DNA of 64,000 bases from Massalongia carnosa (lineage: Eukaryota): positions 2,480,001 to 2,544,000 of the forward strand of contig OZ287071.1 in the NCBI GenBank assembly GCA_965645245.1, written 5' to 3'. This document shows positions 48,066-59,428 of this stretch, piece by piece. The notes beneath the pieces are model-generated. The model was not told where the DNA came from. It saw nothing but the letters and a program-made list of their open reading frames with translations, and did not search any database. Both the position numbers and the translations under genes were made by a program. Each line of letters opens with the position of its first letter. Within the stretch, counting starts at the first letter, position 1.

Positions 48066-50184
48066 TTACACACCTTCATTTATACGACACCACGATCTGC
48101 CCTCGATCACGGCCAGTCTTTCCTCCATTGAATCAAAACGTTTAAAGAGAGAGAACGTTCGTCGAACGTGTGAAAATACACTGTCTAGTTCATCGAGTCT
48201 ATAGGATTCCTAGCGCTTGAAGATCTGGGTGTATGCACCGCGTGGTAGAAGGACGGTCTCGTTGCGTTCAACATGGAACAAGGGAGTGGTTTTACCCTGG
48301 GGGCCAGGTTTCCACTTCCTGACTGTTGTTTATGTACATAAATAGCAGTCACAGCGTCATATCCTTAGGATGCATACGCTTAATGAATTAATAAAAATAA
48401 AAATAAAAAAGAAAGGAACTAAAGTTAACTAACTAAACAGCTATCTAACCAATATAAGACTAGCTCGGCCTCCCGTTATTCTACTCTTTTATCCAACGGC
48501 ATCATAAGGAAGAGCAGCGAAATCTGTGAGAGATGTTGCTATGACTGCTGATAGCAGTCATGTTCGTTCCTTGTTAGTTCCGCCCATGTGAAATTGCTGG
48601 GCGAGTGGCAAAATATCTAAAATACAAATTTTTAATCTTTCTCACGCCCGATTTTTCACCCGATTTTATTTTCTCCTCATCTACCTCTTAGCTCTTTCCG
48701 AAACTTTTCTGTTTATCCCTTAAGCTGTCTCAAATCCCCGTTGTTTCCAGATGAGAAATGGGGGCAACAAGACTTTAAAGGATGGGTGAACGAGAAAATA
48801 AGAGTATATAACTGTTGCTTATGGGTTTCCTTTTTGCAAACAATATTTTCATTATTTCTTACAAGGATCTTCAGTCTCTAAATATAATTAGAAAAAAGAG
48901 AGAGAGCTAAGTATGTTTCAAGATAGCCAAACTTCGATCTCACAGCATCTCTTTTGCTTCCCTAACCAATCAAGAGCAAGTCCCTTATACTGCATCATCT
49001 CCTAACATAACACTCACACATCGTCAATCAATCAAAAGGGTCAACTCGCAAAGTGTATCCTCTCAGAGCGTCATCATCAAAAGCGTCCCTACTAACCCCA
49101 GCTACAAGCAGCCATATGTAAATAGCGTTCCAGACCGCTCGCCAAGGCGGAAAATCATGCTGTAACTATATGCCAAAATCCTCAAAAGCTCATACGCTTC
49201 CGCAATACTTGCATAGCAAGACCCTGGGGAGTACTTCCTAAGCAGCAGAGGAGGAGAAACCTAGTACGTAGCTCCCTCTTTTCCCCCTAGCTCAGAACTC
49301 CCCCTCATCGTAAGCGCTTGCATAACTATCCTATACCTATGGACTCGCCGTACGATTTCTCGTCAGGTATTCTCCGATTTTCGACAATCGTATTCCAGGT
49401 ATGGAGGGGCCACATCACTACAATCAACAAAGAATAAGCACTCGAGCGAACGCTGCTTGTACTGTAGAGCTCGCTATGAAAGCTATTGGTTGGCTTGAGC
49501 CACTCATTGAAATTGAAGAGCCAAACAACAACAGTTGTTTTAAAAGAGCCAGCTCCAAGTTTTTCAGAACCTAGCAGATTATCTAACTATCTCATGTCCA
49601 ACCCCTACCTACCTACTCTCCCACCATTCCATCATCCTCCAAAAACCCGCGCCCACGATCTCCCATTCAACTACTTCTCAAGCCGATATCGTCGCTTCGC
49701 ATCCCAACCTGGTGAACTCGCTAAAAGGGGCAACTTGGTCTGCCAAATTCCAAACAAAGAAAAGAAACCAGCTTTCCCCTTGCTAATAAGTGAATACATA
49801 ACTAACTCGGTAGAACAACTGACAGACTGCTAAACAAACACACAAACAAAAATCAAGTAACTCAATAATCAATCTTCCCGATAAAGTGCACCATCGACCT
49901 CACAAGTAGAAAAGAAAAACATTTTCGGATTCCCCGTTCGTTCATTCGACTTCCATTAATCCACCCCATTTTCTATTCTCCAATGTTTTTCTTTTTTTTA
50001 TCCTCTCTTCGTTCTCGCTACACTAATCAACAAATATCCTCATCTAACCAATCCTCAAATCCTCCTGCCTCAATCCATTGCATCTTTTCTACATCTCGCT
50101 ACATCTTCTTGATCTTAATGAACGGAGGATAATTGTTATTATCATCATCGTCAACGAGAGGAAAGGAAGATGATTTTGCATGGA

Positions 50185-50236
50185 GGATGGATGGATGGAT
50201 GGATGGATGGATGGATGGATGGATGGATGGATGGAT
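50185..50236. repeat. (GGAT)n microsatellite
   Basis: About 13 perfect copies. Confidence 0.95.
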
Positions 50237-53200
50237 AGATGAGTTGATTGGTCGAGCGAGTGAGATAGCAGATCGGGATTGGAGCGATAATGATCCTAGT
50301 CTTAACTGCATGATCATCAAAAGATAGATCAGATTAAATGGATGAGAGATTGGACAGATAGAAAAGGGTAGGCTTCATGAGTTGGTTATCATGCGCCGCT
50401 CCTGTGACTTTGGACTTGTTTTCGGGAAATAGGCTTGCGAGGAATGAATCAACAGGTGGAAGGGAAGATTGGTGGGGATTTTCCTGGGGAAGAAGTGATG
50501 AAACTTTGGGGTTCCCTTGGGGTTGTCGGGGCAAATGGTTTACTTTGCACGGCTTTTATTAGAATATTGCGGAAACTCGAGAGGTGTGATGCTTTCAAAT
50601 ATGACGGGTTGATTTTCAGCATGCTTCTGCGGGTTGTCAACAAGGATATTGGCTTTGCTGATGGAACACATTCAATGTTTTCCCCATCGCTGGGGTTTGG
50701 TGGATTCTGCTAATTTTTGAATATACTGAACCTGTAGTGATGCATAGTTCGTAAGGGGATGCAGGTTTCCCGAGGTTCGAATCGTGGACGATTGGCTTTA
50801 TCGGATTTACGCATGGAGTCCTTCCCAGAACGTCGACAAGGATAGTGAAGCTTTTTGTCTTGGTGTTTAGGTTTTGGGACGGTAAGGTCCTTCAGTCGGG
50901 GATATTGATGGCGGTCGAAAAACCTTGAGTGTCTATAGTAGGGGTGGGGCTTCTGGTATTGTGACGCTCCGATGCAGTCAGCAACGTTTGCGGTAGCTCG
51001 GGATGATCGCTCAAGTTCGTGCGAGCTTGTTCCTTGCAGATCGTCCAGCTCTTTCCGGGATGAGATCCCTGATGGCTTCGACTGATCGGTCTGCTCATGC
51101 AAGTGACATTGCAGTTTGCGCGATTTGCATCCACAACCCCTCCCTGGTACGCATAAAGGAGAATAAAGCGCCATCATGGACAGGTTGTGCGAGGGAAGGG
51201 TTAAGTCGAGTTTAACGTGCAAGACAGCCAGTCTGATGGATAATCTTGTAAAGTGCTATTCTGGCTGTCTGGGAGGGGTGGAAGCGCGTTCTCGATGGCC
51301 GAACACCCCCCATTTCCATAATTATGGACGCATGGGGTCCTTAAATGATGATTACTGGTCAGCGGCAATACTACAGGCAATGATGAACTAGCAGGCCCCT
51401 GAATTGAGCTTGAGAGGGGCGATCACTACTCTTGCAAGAGATTGATGCATCCGCTCAACGTTTGATAGGAGGCATCGATGGAAAGTAAACAGACAGCTGC
51501 AGAGCGGAAAACGCCCGGAAGGGATTTAGGGATCTACGGGGTCAGCCTTGGCGGGTATGAAGTTTGATGCTGGCAGCGGTCAACCAGTTACAGAAACTAC
51601 GTTCAACTGGTGGATGTGACATGGTCCCGCGGTGTTGGAATCTCGTTCGAGTCGATGAGTCACGCTTCGAGAAGGCACGTTGGAAATCCGATGAAACTCC
51701 CCATTGGCTAGGTAGGTATTGCCCTGTTGGTTTCACCCTGTGGCAGTATGACGCAGACACCGGTTACTCGATACAGGGTACCTAACTCTATTTACATAGT
51801 ACGTTCACCCAGATGTCAGATGTTCAGATGCCTACCTTCGAGCGCCAATGGCTCGAAAACCCCTACCTATCGAGTACTAGCGTCGCGTGCATGCAGTGTC
51901 TCGGTAACTCATACTCTAACTACTCTGTATATAGTTACTCTGTACGCTAGCGAAAACCGATGCTCAGCCACAAACGCCCCGGTACAATGCATTGATGGGA
52001 GACCATGACCGACCAATGAGGCTTTTCTTTTTGGCCGATCGTGAATTAATGAGGCTTACACCAGTGGGGCTTGCTCCCTACACCCAAGCCCTATGCTGGC
52101 CGAGCAGAGCACGAAAGCTTCTGCACGTCTGGTAAGAGATCATCGAATTTGCCTTGCCAGGCAACAAAGAAATGATACCGTCAGGTATAGAGGTGTGTGA
52201 ACCAGTACTTCGTACCCGGAAACTAGTTACCGGGAAACTAGTTACCTGTAAAAGCCATTTGTCCTATCAAACCGCTCAGGAGTTTACGGTTTTCTCCGTC
52301 TTTTCCCTGACGGCTATAATACGAGTCGCATGTTTGGAGAGACTACGTACGGATTCTCGTGAACGACGGTGATCACCCCGTCGAGTGACGTCCATGTTCA
52401 GCTGAGCTGAATGCCCCGAGTTGAAGGAAACAAGCAAGGGTTCCAACGAGAAAACGCCGCCATCGAGCATGCTGAAATAATACCCAGTCATTATCCAGTC
52501 ATGATCTGAGATTTTGCGATCAGACTTTATGCAAACTCAGCTCTCAAGGATTTGGACTCATGGGCGCCGCGTCACGGCGGTCGAACGCTGCACTAGCTTG
52601 GCATGATGACACTGCAACTCTTAAACCTGGGGGGCGAGCGAGGAGAAAAAGGGGCAACCCAATTTGGCGCAGAGCCGCATTTACGGTGATTACCGCCGGA
52701 ATACGGTACATGTCTTTCCGATGAATCAGATGATAGATGAAACTAGTGGCCAGCGCTTAACGACGGCCAAGAAGTTGGGCTGATTACTCCAGTATCGACG
52801 CAACGCCGGGTGTTCTCAGTGATACGCTGTGACGAGCGTTAAAGTGATCCCAAGGTCCAATACGGGAAAGCCACCCTCGGACCCCTTACTATAGTAAGTA
52901 TACCCCCTGGATCCAATCCTCGCCCGTTGGTTCGTCACTCGTTCCTTGCCCCCCTTTCCTTTCAAACCCTAAGCCCTAAGCCCACCAACCTTCCAATCCA
53001 AAGAAGGCAACAGGGCGTCCCATTCTTGTATGACCTCCCGCTCTACATTGCTGCACCTAACTGCATCGGTGCTGCCTGATCAGTCCATCTCGTCGGCATA
53101 TCGACCTAGAAGAGGAGCGGAGCCTCAACCTATCTGCAAGCGCAAACGAATCATCGACGATCGTCCTCTTTCCTGCCTCATGCAACCCAGACTATCTCCT

Positions 53201-54446
53201 CATCCCCTCTAGGTCCTCTTCGACGACCCCACAAGCAGAGCATGAAAGCTGGACCTGCGTGCAGGATCGGAAACCATCCTCCACAGGCTGAATACTAATC
53301 ATCGAATCACAGCACGCTTCGAGAATACCTCTCTGGGTATAGAGTATAGAGTACTCTACGGAGAGGCACTTAACCTGCTAGCCATCGCCTACCCGGGCGG
53401 TGATGACTGGAATGTGGACCACGGCTACTTGCGCGCGATTCGGTGCGCGAACCACAATGCAAACACAAAACATGTGAAATCCTCCGATTCCGATGTGACT
53501 CCGCCGGCTAATCAGATGATGGATAAGAATAACTAGAAAATTTCGTCCTGCAAAAGTCCCAAAATTCACCATCACTGTTGGGGGCGGAACTGGAAGCTGC
53601 AGTGTCACGTACGGAAAGTTGGGCAAAGGGAAATAATGCCCTGCCGCAGGGAACCCCCCCACATTCCCCCCCCTTTCCACCAGCATTTTTCTGTTATTGC
53701 GAGCGGGTGCGTAGGGATATGTGGTGTTGAGCCTGCACATCAGCGCCTGCCACTGTTGAGCACATCATCAATCCACACTCGAGCTGCTTCGACCCCATTT
53801 TGGCTAATATCAAACTCCCTTCCAAAAGTGTGGTGCAGCCACCAATATTGGTGTTTAAACCTCTGCCCTTTGTAGCTTTCCAAGCACGGCATTCGTGTGT
53901 TGCACAAATCTCGCTACTATCCTGGTGTGCATGAGTCGCGGTTGTGAATGGCTCTCTTTCCAAATACGGCCGAGCCATTGGTGAGTAACGCTGGTGAGAA
54001 GGGTCTATGGCAGGGTTCATACCAATCATGACGCTGCATGTGGGTTGCTCGGGTTCTATTCCGAGCCTGGTCTCTTCGTTGCCCCTGTGCGGCTCTTTAT
54101 CACTGCACCTAGCAATGCCATGGTGGAGCACCGCGATGGGAGGGTAATCTTTCTGCATTTATACTCCCTGTATGCCCTACACAAAGCCCAATCTTACTTC
54201 GCCTCAACGCTATCGTGTGGTCTCGTTGATAGGTGATCTCAATGGGTTGTATCATCACTGCGTGATGCTTATACGTGTATAAATCGGCATCGGTTTCATC
54301 GTTTTTCAAAAGCAATTGGGTGCGCAAACACACTGTGAGGTTCTACGCCTTCCGTTCAGAACTTTCAGCAGGAGGATCTGCGACAGTCAATCCATCCTGG
54401 ACACCCCCCACTAGCTCGAATTACCCTCCGTCAGGTATACGCTGCC

Positions 54447-56327
54447 ATGGGCACTTTCGTTTTCTTTCATGACCTCTCTCGGATTAACTTCCAAGACGCC
54501 GAGTTCCGTGAACTTCCCGCGCCGGAAGAGGATTCGGATTTATGCTGGGCCCCGTTCAAATCACAGGACATGGCGTTTGCGCTTTCCACCCATGAATTGG
54601 ATCGTTCACCGTCGCACGGGAGCCCCCAGCTGTCGAGCAAGCCGCGATACCCATCGATCCCAGGCACCCCCGACATGTTCCACGGGCTCTCTACCTGGAC
54701 CGCAAACCCGTCTTCATCCCATGATATGATGCGTCCTTTGGCGTCCCAGTGTGAAGGTTTAAACCCATTACCATACAATCTCGCAATCCCGCGGGATGCG
54801 TCTCCCGACGGATGGTGGAACGGTAACCGACCAGCGCTCGAGCAGGATTCTTGTTCTGGTGGCAGCACCTGGAGCCCCCGAACCAGCGAAGGACACTTGG
54901 AGACGGACCCTTCTTGTCGAGTGGCGTGGAAGGAATATCAAGACCCATCCACCACCACTAACTACGTCTCCGGCTTCTCGCACATTTTTCCCGGGTACGG
55001 GGCCGATGGCGGTTCTGAGTTTGCGTCGAGCATTGCCCCGTGCCAGATTCAGCATTATCCTGACGTCGGCTTGGAGGACGTTCCTCACAAGTCTCGAATC
55101 CCAGACGTAAAGCTAGGAAATCCGTATTACCTGGAAAGTACCGGTTTGCCTCCATCACCAGCGGACTCGCTTCCCGAGGATGAAAGCATGAATTCTTCGA
55201 CGCCCGAATGCGACGACATGCCGATGGTAGATGACATCGAGGACAATCTCTCCGACTACACCCCACCCGCCAAACGCGCTCATCGCCGCGCAACCTCTCG
55301 CACTTCAATCCCCTTCGCCCCCACCAAGCGTCTTTCCCACCCGCCCAAAGCCCCTTCCACCACCCTCTCCAAGCCCGCCAAAATCACCAAACGCGCCTCG
55401 GCGTCCAAGCCCCTCGCCCCCATCCCATCCCCAACCTCCTCCACCCCCCGTGCCGCCAAATCCAGCAAATCGCCATGCCCTCAATGCTCGTCGTCCTTCC
55501 AGTCCATCTCCGCCCTGCACAAACACACCCTTGCCTCCCATACCCGCCCGTTTGCCTGCAGCTTCGGCCGCTATGGCTGCCTCTCGACCTTTGGCTCCAA
55601 GAACGAATGGAAGCGCCACGTCTCGTCGCAGCACCTACGGCTAGGCATTTTCCGGTGCGACATCGGCACTTGCATCCCCGTGCCAAACCAACACCGTCGA
55701 AAATTCTCGTCGTCGTCGATGGGATACGGCAAGGTCGCGCGCGGGAGCTTCGCGAGGCACTCGGACCTTGACGGTGGTGTCATGCCAGCAGAGGCGGCAA
55801 CGGACACTGGGTTCAACGATTTCAACCGCAAAGATCTCTTCACGCAACATGTTCGTCGCATGCACGCGCCACCTCCGTCGGCCTCGCGCGCCGACAAAGA
55901 CGCCTTTGACGCCTCCCTCGAAGCGGTGCGCGCGCGGTGCTGGATCGCGCTGAGGGCGCCTCCGCCGCGCAGCACGTGCGGGTTTTGCCATCCCTCCACG
56001 CAAGCCGACACGGACAAGGCCCAAGATGCGAGCTGCGAAGAGAAGGTGAGCAAGGAAGTGGTCTTCGACGGCACCGGGGCGTGGGACGAGCGCATGGAGC
56101 ATGTAGGGAAGCATCTTGAGCGCGGGGAAGTGCTGGGCACGGAGCGGGAAGATGTGGGCTTACGCGAGTGGATGGTAAAGGAAGGGTTGATGGCGCTAGA
56201 GAAGGGAACTTGGAAGGTTGTGGGGTGTGGAGGGAGGAGGAAAGGGAGGGGGGCTAGTGGTGGGGTGGCCGGGGGGGAGGTGAGAGACGCCGAAGGCGAC
56301 GAAGACGGAGAAGGGGAGGAGGAATGA
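54447..56327 (+). CDS. C2H2 zinc-finger transcription factor (ZF-2)
   Basis: 626-aa ORF with CPQC...LHKHTLASHTRPFACSFGRYGCLSTFGSKNEWKRHVSSQH, FNRKDLFTQHVRRMH and CGFC...WDERMEHVGKH. True start uncertain. Confidence 0.9.
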   Translation: MGTFVFFHDLSRINFQDAEFRELPAPEEDSDLCWAPFKSQDMAFALSTHELDRSPSHGSPQLSSKPRYPSIPGTPDMFHGLSTWTANPSSSHDMMRPLASQCEGLNPLPYNLAIPRDASPDGWWNGNRPALEQDSCSGGSTWSPRTSEGHLETDPSCRVAWKEYQDPSTTTNYVSGFSHIFPGYGADGGSEFASSIAPCQIQHYPDVGLEDVPHKSRIPDVKLGNPYYLESTGLPPSPADSLPEDESMNSSTPECDDMPMVDDIEDNLSDYTPPAKRAHRRATSRTSIPFAPTKRLSHPPKAPSTTLSKPAKITKRASASKPLAPIPSPTSSTPRAAKSSKSPCPQCSSSFQSISALHKHTLASHTRPFACSFGRYGCLSTFGSKNEWKRHVSSQHLRLGIFRCDIGTCIPVPNQHRRKFSSSSMGYGKVARGSFARHSDLDGGVMPAEAATDTGFNDFNRKDLFTQHVRRMHAPPPSASRADKDAFDASLEAVRARCWIALRAPPPRSTCGFCHPSTQADTDKAQDASCEEKVSKEVVFDGTGAWDERMEHVGKHLERGEVLGTEREDVGLREWMVKEGLMALEKGTWKVVGCGGRRKGRGASGGVAGGEVRDAEGDEDGEGEEE

Positions 56328-56704
56328 GCGGGGTGGTAATGAGGGTTTTTGCGATATGCCCGGGAAGTTAATGAGATTTTAACTAGACGAGTTACGAGGT
56401 TACGAGTCATGAGGAAAACACCTACTGTATTCTTATTGTTTTTACGACAAATGGAACTTTTACACGCTCTTTGAAATTTTTTCCTTCTTAAGTGTTTTCT
56501 TTCCTTTTCTTTCTTCAATTCTTCGAGATTGATTACCAAAGAGAAGAAAAAAAAGATAGAAAAGAAACATAAAAGCATGTAAAAAAGAAATCGTGAACAA
56601 AGAAAAAGATGATAATTGAGGAATCGTAAAGGAACCTTTTTGTTAGAGAAATAAATCTTCTACTTCTTTCTCGTCCTCTCCCTATTTTCTCATAATAATC
56701 TCAC

Positions 56705-56751
56705 TTCCCATTCCCATTCCCATTCCCATTCCCATTCCCATTCCCATTCCC
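56705..56751. repeat. (TTCCCA)n microsatellite followed by several poly-C tracts
   Basis: About 8 copies read directly. Confidence 0.92.
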
Positions 56752-57615
56752 ATCCCCCCCTCATACTCTCATTCTTTACTCTTCCCCTTCCCTCCCCCCC
56801 CCCCCCAATCAGTAAAAAAATAGATCAATAAATGAATCCAAGGATACAATGACGCTCCCCCCCCCCCCCCCCCCCGTCTCCCCACTCCCATTCCCACTCC
56901 AATGGACTTTTCCTTTCCCCCCCCCCCCCCCATTTCCGCGCCCGGACCTTTTTCGCTGAGCGGTGCGGTCTTCTGGCTGACTGGCTGGCTGGCTTAATGG
57001 CTATTTAACTAGCTAATTCGGCTAGTGCGGATGTCAGCGGTTCACGGCGCGGCGTTTGGGCAGGCGAGCGAAGCGGAGCGAGTAGAGAGAAATGGCAAGG
57101 GGGGAAGGGGGTTCGCTTTGACTTTTGTTCTGCTTGGCGTGGTTTGGTTGACTTTGGATTGGTTTTTGGTTGGTGCTGGAGTTGGAATCGGGGGTCAAGA
57201 GGCAGGCGAGCGGGCGCGGGCGATATCGGCTGTTTTTTTTCTAGATTTGCTGGTTTTGTTCAGGAGGGAGCGAGGATAGGGAAAGTGGGGGGGGGGGGGA
57301 ATCATCATCGCTACAATCCCTTTCTTTGCTTTTCTTCTGTCTTGCTCATTTCGTTCTTCACATTGTTGTTTTATTGTTCCTTTTTATTTCCAACTCATTC
57401 ATTGATTTATTTATTTTTTGGGGGGTTTTTAAAGGAGGAGAGGGGGGCTGGCTGATGAATAGGGCATAACAATTATTCCTGGGATGTAGAGGTGTAAGAT
57501 TTTGGAGGTTTTGATTTTGATTTGACTGCTTGATGTGGGCGAGATCTAAAGAAGAAGAAGAGATGGGAAATTAAGAATAAGGGGGGAAAAGGAGGAAGGA
57601 ATAAATAAATAAATA

Positions 57616-58572
57616 CCGAATTATAAAACCCCTCTCCAGTCTAAGACCACCCCTGAACATAAGGCCCTGTTCTGATTGGCTGATTTCTGACCATGGGAGG
57701 GTTGGCCCATAAAAGCAGGTCCTTTCGAATGAAAAGGAAAGATACATAAATTTATATGCAAACGTCATTAAAGCTTATGTATCCTTTCTCGGAAATCAAT
57801 TGAATCGGGAATTGAATCCTTCTCCTTATCCTTCAACTCAGCATCACTTGCATGTTCTGTTATATGACCTTCGAATTCATCTTCCATTACATATTCCACG
57901 TCTTCAGAAGCAATCTTTTCAGCCCCTACCGACTCCTTCGTTCCATTCACGTCTGAATGAGTTTTAAACCTCCATCCTTTTGCTGCTTCCAGGTGGTCTC
58001 TACATAACTAACAGCAGCTAATTTCTGCTCTCTGGTGTAGGAAATACGTCGTCGCACCTCATCCTCGTCATCGAAAGCATTGTTAATTAAATTGTGACCT
58101 TCCACCTCGCGATGAAGACGAAGCTGTTCCACAATCTGAGTCTCCTGATCGCCAGGTCGGTACGATGGACATGGAAGGCTGAATATACACGTTCTTAGAA
58201 ATTCGGGCCTGATTTATGCTGCGAAGACTTGAAGACTTCACAGCAGGCCCAGGACGAGGCTGTTTTGAAGCCAGCATAAGATTCTGAGTATGAGGAGGAG
58301 CCATAACAACAAGAAGAATATGAGTTGCTGATGAAGTGAGTCAAAAACGTTGTTTTTCGAGACAAGATTTCAAAAAATGCACGCAGTTCAGAAGGGTGCA
58401 CGATGCAAATTTAGTGCGCGTTTTTCGTGTTTATAGGGGCTGACTAATGTTATCTCGCCCATAAAACCCCCCCTATATGATAGACCCTATAGCCCATAAA
58501 ATCCTGTCCCAAATGACCTCCAGGCGATCAATTGACCCATAAGACCAGGGTTTTATCTGTCAAATAATTCGG
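57616..58572 (-). mobile_element. Internally deleted non-autonomous Tc1/mariner-superfamily element (pogo/Tc2-like, CCG ends)
   Basis: Inverted ends CCGAATTAT...ATAATTCGG, each flanked by TA, with ATAAAACCC shared further in. Subterminal GCCCATAAAA motifs near both ends. Minus-strand remnant RRRISYTREQKLAAV resembles the N-terminal DNA-binding helix of pogo/Tc2-type transposases; no DDE domain. Confidence 0.72.
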
Positions 58573-59341
58573 TAAATAGATAGATTAGATACCTAGCATG
58601 ATGGGAAAAAAAAAGCTTAATCATTGATCCATGTCCTAGTTTACTTACGACAAGGACTTTTTGAGTCAAAGGAAAATAATATAAGAAATATAGCGAGAGG
58701 GATATCTATAATATATATGGCGAGAGGGAGAAGAGGAAGGAATGAGAAAAGGGGAGAAAGGGAAGTAGCGAGGGGGGGGGGCACTCGTTGCTTCGTTCAT
58801 CTCACATATGTCTCCTCTTTCCTTTTCAGACAGATATTTCCATTCCACTTTCCAATCCCAACACATCGATAACTTACGGTAGTTTAGTTAAAAGTGCAGA
58901 AAAGATTTGAACCATAACTACTACAATCAAAATGCAGAAAAAAATGCCTTCACATCTATCCATCAGCGAAGTTTGCGATAAATCCAGAAAAAAACAAACA
59001 AACAAACAAATCAACAAAAGTTGCTTCTTAGTTCTTTTTTTTTGTTGGAGAATGTTCGACTTGGAAAGTGGAGAGAGGAAATGGAATATAAAATATTATA
59101 TATGGTTTAATTAGTTGTCGCTAGTTATCCCAATACGAAGCGCAAAGTGTGGCCACTACATCATCCTGACACGTCTAGATCGTGAAACAGCGCCGATCCG
59201 TCACACAAAAGCGAGTATAGCGTCAAAAGGAAAAGATACGGAAATCGATCAAGGAAAACATAGCCATAGCCGTGAGATTTATGTCATGTCCAACCTCCCT
59301 TGCCTACCGCCATAACGAAACACACCCCATACGCTCCATGT

Positions 59342-59382
59342 TCACTGCTGATGAAAAGGATAATTCTGCCCATGGCCTGGCG

Positions 59383-59428
<46 letters not shown>

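Noticed and set aside
49223..49234. CCTGGGGAGTAC, a match to a conserved SSU rRNA motif
   Set aside because: Only 12 nt with no flanking rRNA similarity; chance match.
50770..50790. GGTTCGAATC (T-loop/B-box-like)
   Set aside because: Flanks do not pair into a T stem and no cloverleaf forms.
52964..52983. CCCTAA telomere-like words
   Set aside because: Only two copies separated by G; not a telomeric tract.
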